The notes under the pieces: generated by a model
Told to the model about the DNA's origin: nothing
The model's input: the letters and a program-made list of their open reading frames with translations, nothing else
Database searches by the model: none
Source of the DNA: an uncultured Planctomycetota bacterium
GTDB taxonomy: Bacteria > Planctomycetota > Planctomycetia > Isosphaerales > Isosphaeraceae
Length of the DNA: 64,000 nucleotides
Assembly: GCA_963737655.1 (NCBI GenBank)
Contig: CAVTTN010000002.1
Location: 4,864,001 to 4,928,000 of the forward strand
Direction of reading: 5' to 3'
Translations under genes and position numbers: made by a program
Part shown: positions 61,372 through 64,000 of the stretch, in pieces
How positions within the stretch are numbered: the stretch's first letter is position 1
Layout: every line of letters starts with the position of its first letter

Positions 61372-63177
61372 GGCGACGCCTTCTTCCCGGGCCCCTCCGG
61401 GCCGAATTCCAGACCCACCCCGAGCAGGCCCATGTTGTCCCTCAGCTTCGGCTCCTTCTCGGTCCCGTCCTGGACGATCCTCACCAGGTTCTTCGGCTTC
61501 AGGACGCCCGAGGGGATCGCCAGCCGGACCCGATGCGGCGTCTCGTTCCTCGCCGGGACGTGATCGTTCAGGTCGTCCAGCCTCGTCCCGTTCACGAGGA
61601 CGTGGGTCCGCAACTGCCCTTTCTTGACCAGCTCGGAGAACGGCGGCGAGCCTTCGAGGCCCACGACCTGGACGACGTCCAGGGTGAGCCGGGCCTCGCC
61701 CGACGGGACGTTCTCCAGCGCGAAGGGGACCTCCAGGGGGGTTTCCTCGGCCTGGGGAGGGTCGAAGTCCTTCGACACCCGGTCGCCCAGATGATGGGTC
61801 GAGGGATCGATCACGATCCGGCGGCACGTCCCCAGGCTCACGAGCCTCCGAAGCCGGTCTCGGGGGACCTCCAGGGTGCCGACGAAGGGGATCTCCAGGG
61901 TCGCCGAGGATTCGGTCAGGGATTTCAGCGCGGCCTCGGCCGAGTCCGTGTCTCTGGGGTCGTTGCCCGGGGCGGTCCGCCACTCGGCGCGGACCCAGAG
62001 CCCCTCGATGGGCGCCGACTGGGCGGCCGTCCGTCGGAAGGCGATCCCGGCGACCTCCGACCAGGGCTCGCGGGCCTCCTTCTCCTCGATCCGGAGCCGG
62101 ACGGAGTCGGCATCGGCCGCGGTGACGTCGCCGAAGAGCTGATCGCCGGTCACGAGCCGAACCTCGTCCTGGGTCGGATCGATCTCGACCGGCCCGGAGG
62201 GGCTCGACGAACCGGACGAGGCGGAGGTCATCGAAGGTCGCGGCGAGCCCCTCGGGCGGAGCGGTCGGCCCGACGGTCTCCGTGGCCAGGCGGACCTCGA
62301 TCAGCGGGCCTCCGGGTCCGTGACCGTGGGCCAGGGCGTCGCCGTCGATCGAGATCTCGGCCCGGGACTCATCGAACCGGATCGCCAGGCGGCGCCAGCC
62401 GGGCTTTCGGGCCAGGGGCTGGACGTTCAACGCCGGCCCGCCCGGGGTTTCCACGGCCAGGCTGGGCTCGGCCCAGGCCGGGACCACGCGGATCGTCGAG
62501 CGCTCCCCCTCCCGTTTGCGGAAAGTGAGGTCGAGGAAGACCCGTTGCGAGGCCGCTCGCGTTCCCTCGTCCCGGAACCCGATCTCCAACCGCCCGGAGG
62601 CCAAAGGATCGGCCAGCCGGGTGGTGATCGACGAGCCTCCGGCCGGGAGCCTGAGCGCCGAGGCGCCGCTCCACCGCGGTTCGGCCACGACCTCCGGGCT
62701 CCCGCCCTGCGACCACCGCGCCGCGTCGAGGGTCTCGAACCCCTCGCGGAAGACCTGGACCTCGCCGGGCCTCTGGACGACCGAGGCCGCCCCCTTGCGG
62801 TCGATCTCCACCGGGAGCCGGCCGAGGACGCCGTCCAGGCGGATCTTCGAACCGTCCAGCCCCAGGAAACGGCCCGAGATCCGGGTCGATGAGCCAAGCT
62901 GAACCGAGAATGGCGCCGGCCCCGAGGGGGCCTCCGGCGGAGGGCCGTCCATCGTCACCTCGACCCCCGCGCCGAGGGGGACGGCCGCCGAGCCGTCGCT
63001 CGGGACGAACCGGAAACCGGAGGGCCCGCCCGGCTCGACGCGGCCGACGCGCTTCAGGCCGTCGGCCGTCAAGATCGAATCGGACCGGGGACCGGGCGGG
63101 GCCTGGGCCTCGCTCTCGGGGAGGGGAAGGACGACGACCAGGACGGCGGCCAGGACGAGGCGAGCGATGGGGTTCAT
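61368..63177 (-). CDS. Hypothetical exported protein (frameshift near 62200)
   Basis: Signal peptide MNPIARLVLAAVLVVVLP; the coding frame switches near 62200. Confidence 0.65.
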
Positions 63178-63365
63178 GGGTTTGATTCTAAAGCCCCGCG
63201 AAGCCGCCCGACAAGCGGCCAGGGCCACGCGGCCCCTCGCCGGTCGTCAAGCCCTCGACCCCTCGGCCGGGACCGACGCGAGGCCCATCGATCCCCGGGC
63301 TCATCATCGAGGCCCCTGGGGATCGCCTCCATCGAAATCGTCGGGGAATCCCAGGCGACGCCCAG

Positions 63366-64000
63366 TCAGGTCCGCTCGTCCTCGCCGGGCTCGACCTCGG
63401 GGGCCGGGCCGGCGAGCCACTGGTTCAGGGCCTCGGGCTCGATCTCGGCCTTGTCGTCTTTCGGGAAGAAATCCCTCCGCTCGCTCGGCCGTCGCAGGCC
63501 CTTCCTCAGGCTGAAGGCCATTCGGATGCAGAAATAAAGGCCGAGGAGGCCCAGGGGGGCGACGTTCCACCACATCGAGCGGGGCGCGGCGGCCTCCTCG
63601 GGATGATGCGTGATCCGGCCGACCAGCAATGGGGCGAAGCGGGCGGCGTCTCGGGCCTTGTAGGCGAGGAGGCGAAGGAACACGCCGTCGAACGACACCG
63701 GCTCGCCCCGGAGCGTCCCGGCCGGGAGGGTCGGCGGGACGTCCTCCACCAGGACGCAGACCGGCGCGTCCCTCTGGTCGGGCACGTTCAACCAGATTTC
63801 ATAATAGCGATGCGAGGGCGTGAGCGTCGGCTCGTCGTCGTGGACCACGGCGAGCTGGGCGTTGCCTTCGAGGTGGATCGTCAGCCCTCGATAGAGCTTC
63901 GGGTGCATGTCGAGGTCATAGGGGGTGACTTCGCGACGGACTTTGGCCGAGAGCTCATCGGGCGAGAGCTTGCGGACCTCCTCGAAGGCGAGCTTCTTGG
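63366..64000 (-). CDS. Hypothetical membrane protein, 5' end outside the window
   Basis: Frame is open to the window edge; C-terminal TM segment. Confidence 0.6.
   Translation of the reverse strand, partial: KKLAFEEVRKLSPDELSAKVRREVTPYDLDMHPKLYRGLTIHLEGNAQLAVVHDDEPTLTPSHRYYEIWLNVPDQRDAPVCVLVEDVPPTLPAGTLRGEPVSFDGVFLRLLAYKARDAARFAPLLVGRITHHPEEAAAPRSMWWNVAPLGLLGLYFCIRMAFSLRKGLRRPSERRDFFPKDDKAEIEPEALNQWLAGPAPEVEPGEDERT

Noticed and set aside
60472..63228. 918-aa fusion of an exported protein with a DAC domain
   Set aside because: Artefact of the frameshift near 62200; the middle segment is nonsense-like and the genes separate at the GTGA overlap at 61368-61371.
1..64000. tRNA/rRNA genes, including tRNA-Sec
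   Set aside because: None recognised by eye; the Sec machinery must lie elsewhere in the genome if present.

Overview
GC-rich bacterial chromosomal window, most likely from a planctomycete (Isosphaeraceae-like). The assignment rests on a DUF1559/H-X9-DG prepilin-like gene, an 'EAMERREMM' LEPRxLL-like N-terminus and a PEP-CTERM protein. Housekeeping content: part of a cobalamin operon (Thr-phosphate decarboxylase, cobQ, cbiB, cbiX), a beta-oxidation cluster (FabD-like, acyl-CoA dehydrogenase, sirtuin, FadB/J, thiolase), dapF, lon, prfA, type-B rpmE, cdd, a DacZ/DisA_N diadenylate cyclase-like gene and others. The main finding is an exported redox cluster at 16.9-24.4 kb. It comprises a signal-peptide leader ORF ending in HPPR, a DUF1559 protein, a lipoprotein, an AhpD-like protein, an EF-hand + iodothyronine-deiodinase-like protein, and a fusion of the last two. 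In the fusion, the AhpD CxxC carries an in-frame TGA (CFY-TGA-MGH versus CPY-C-MGH in the paralog) followed by a bacterial SECIS-like hairpin, so it is a probable unannotated selenoprotein. Also present: an intact RAYT transposase flanked by its GTAG REPs, several other REP/REPIN families, a dispersed non-coding repeat, an MNT-HEPN toxin-antitoxin pair and a circularly permuted ferritin-like protein. About 12 single-base frameshifts, mostly in G/C runs, suggest assembly indel errors. All calls come from reading motifs by eye; no database searches were run.
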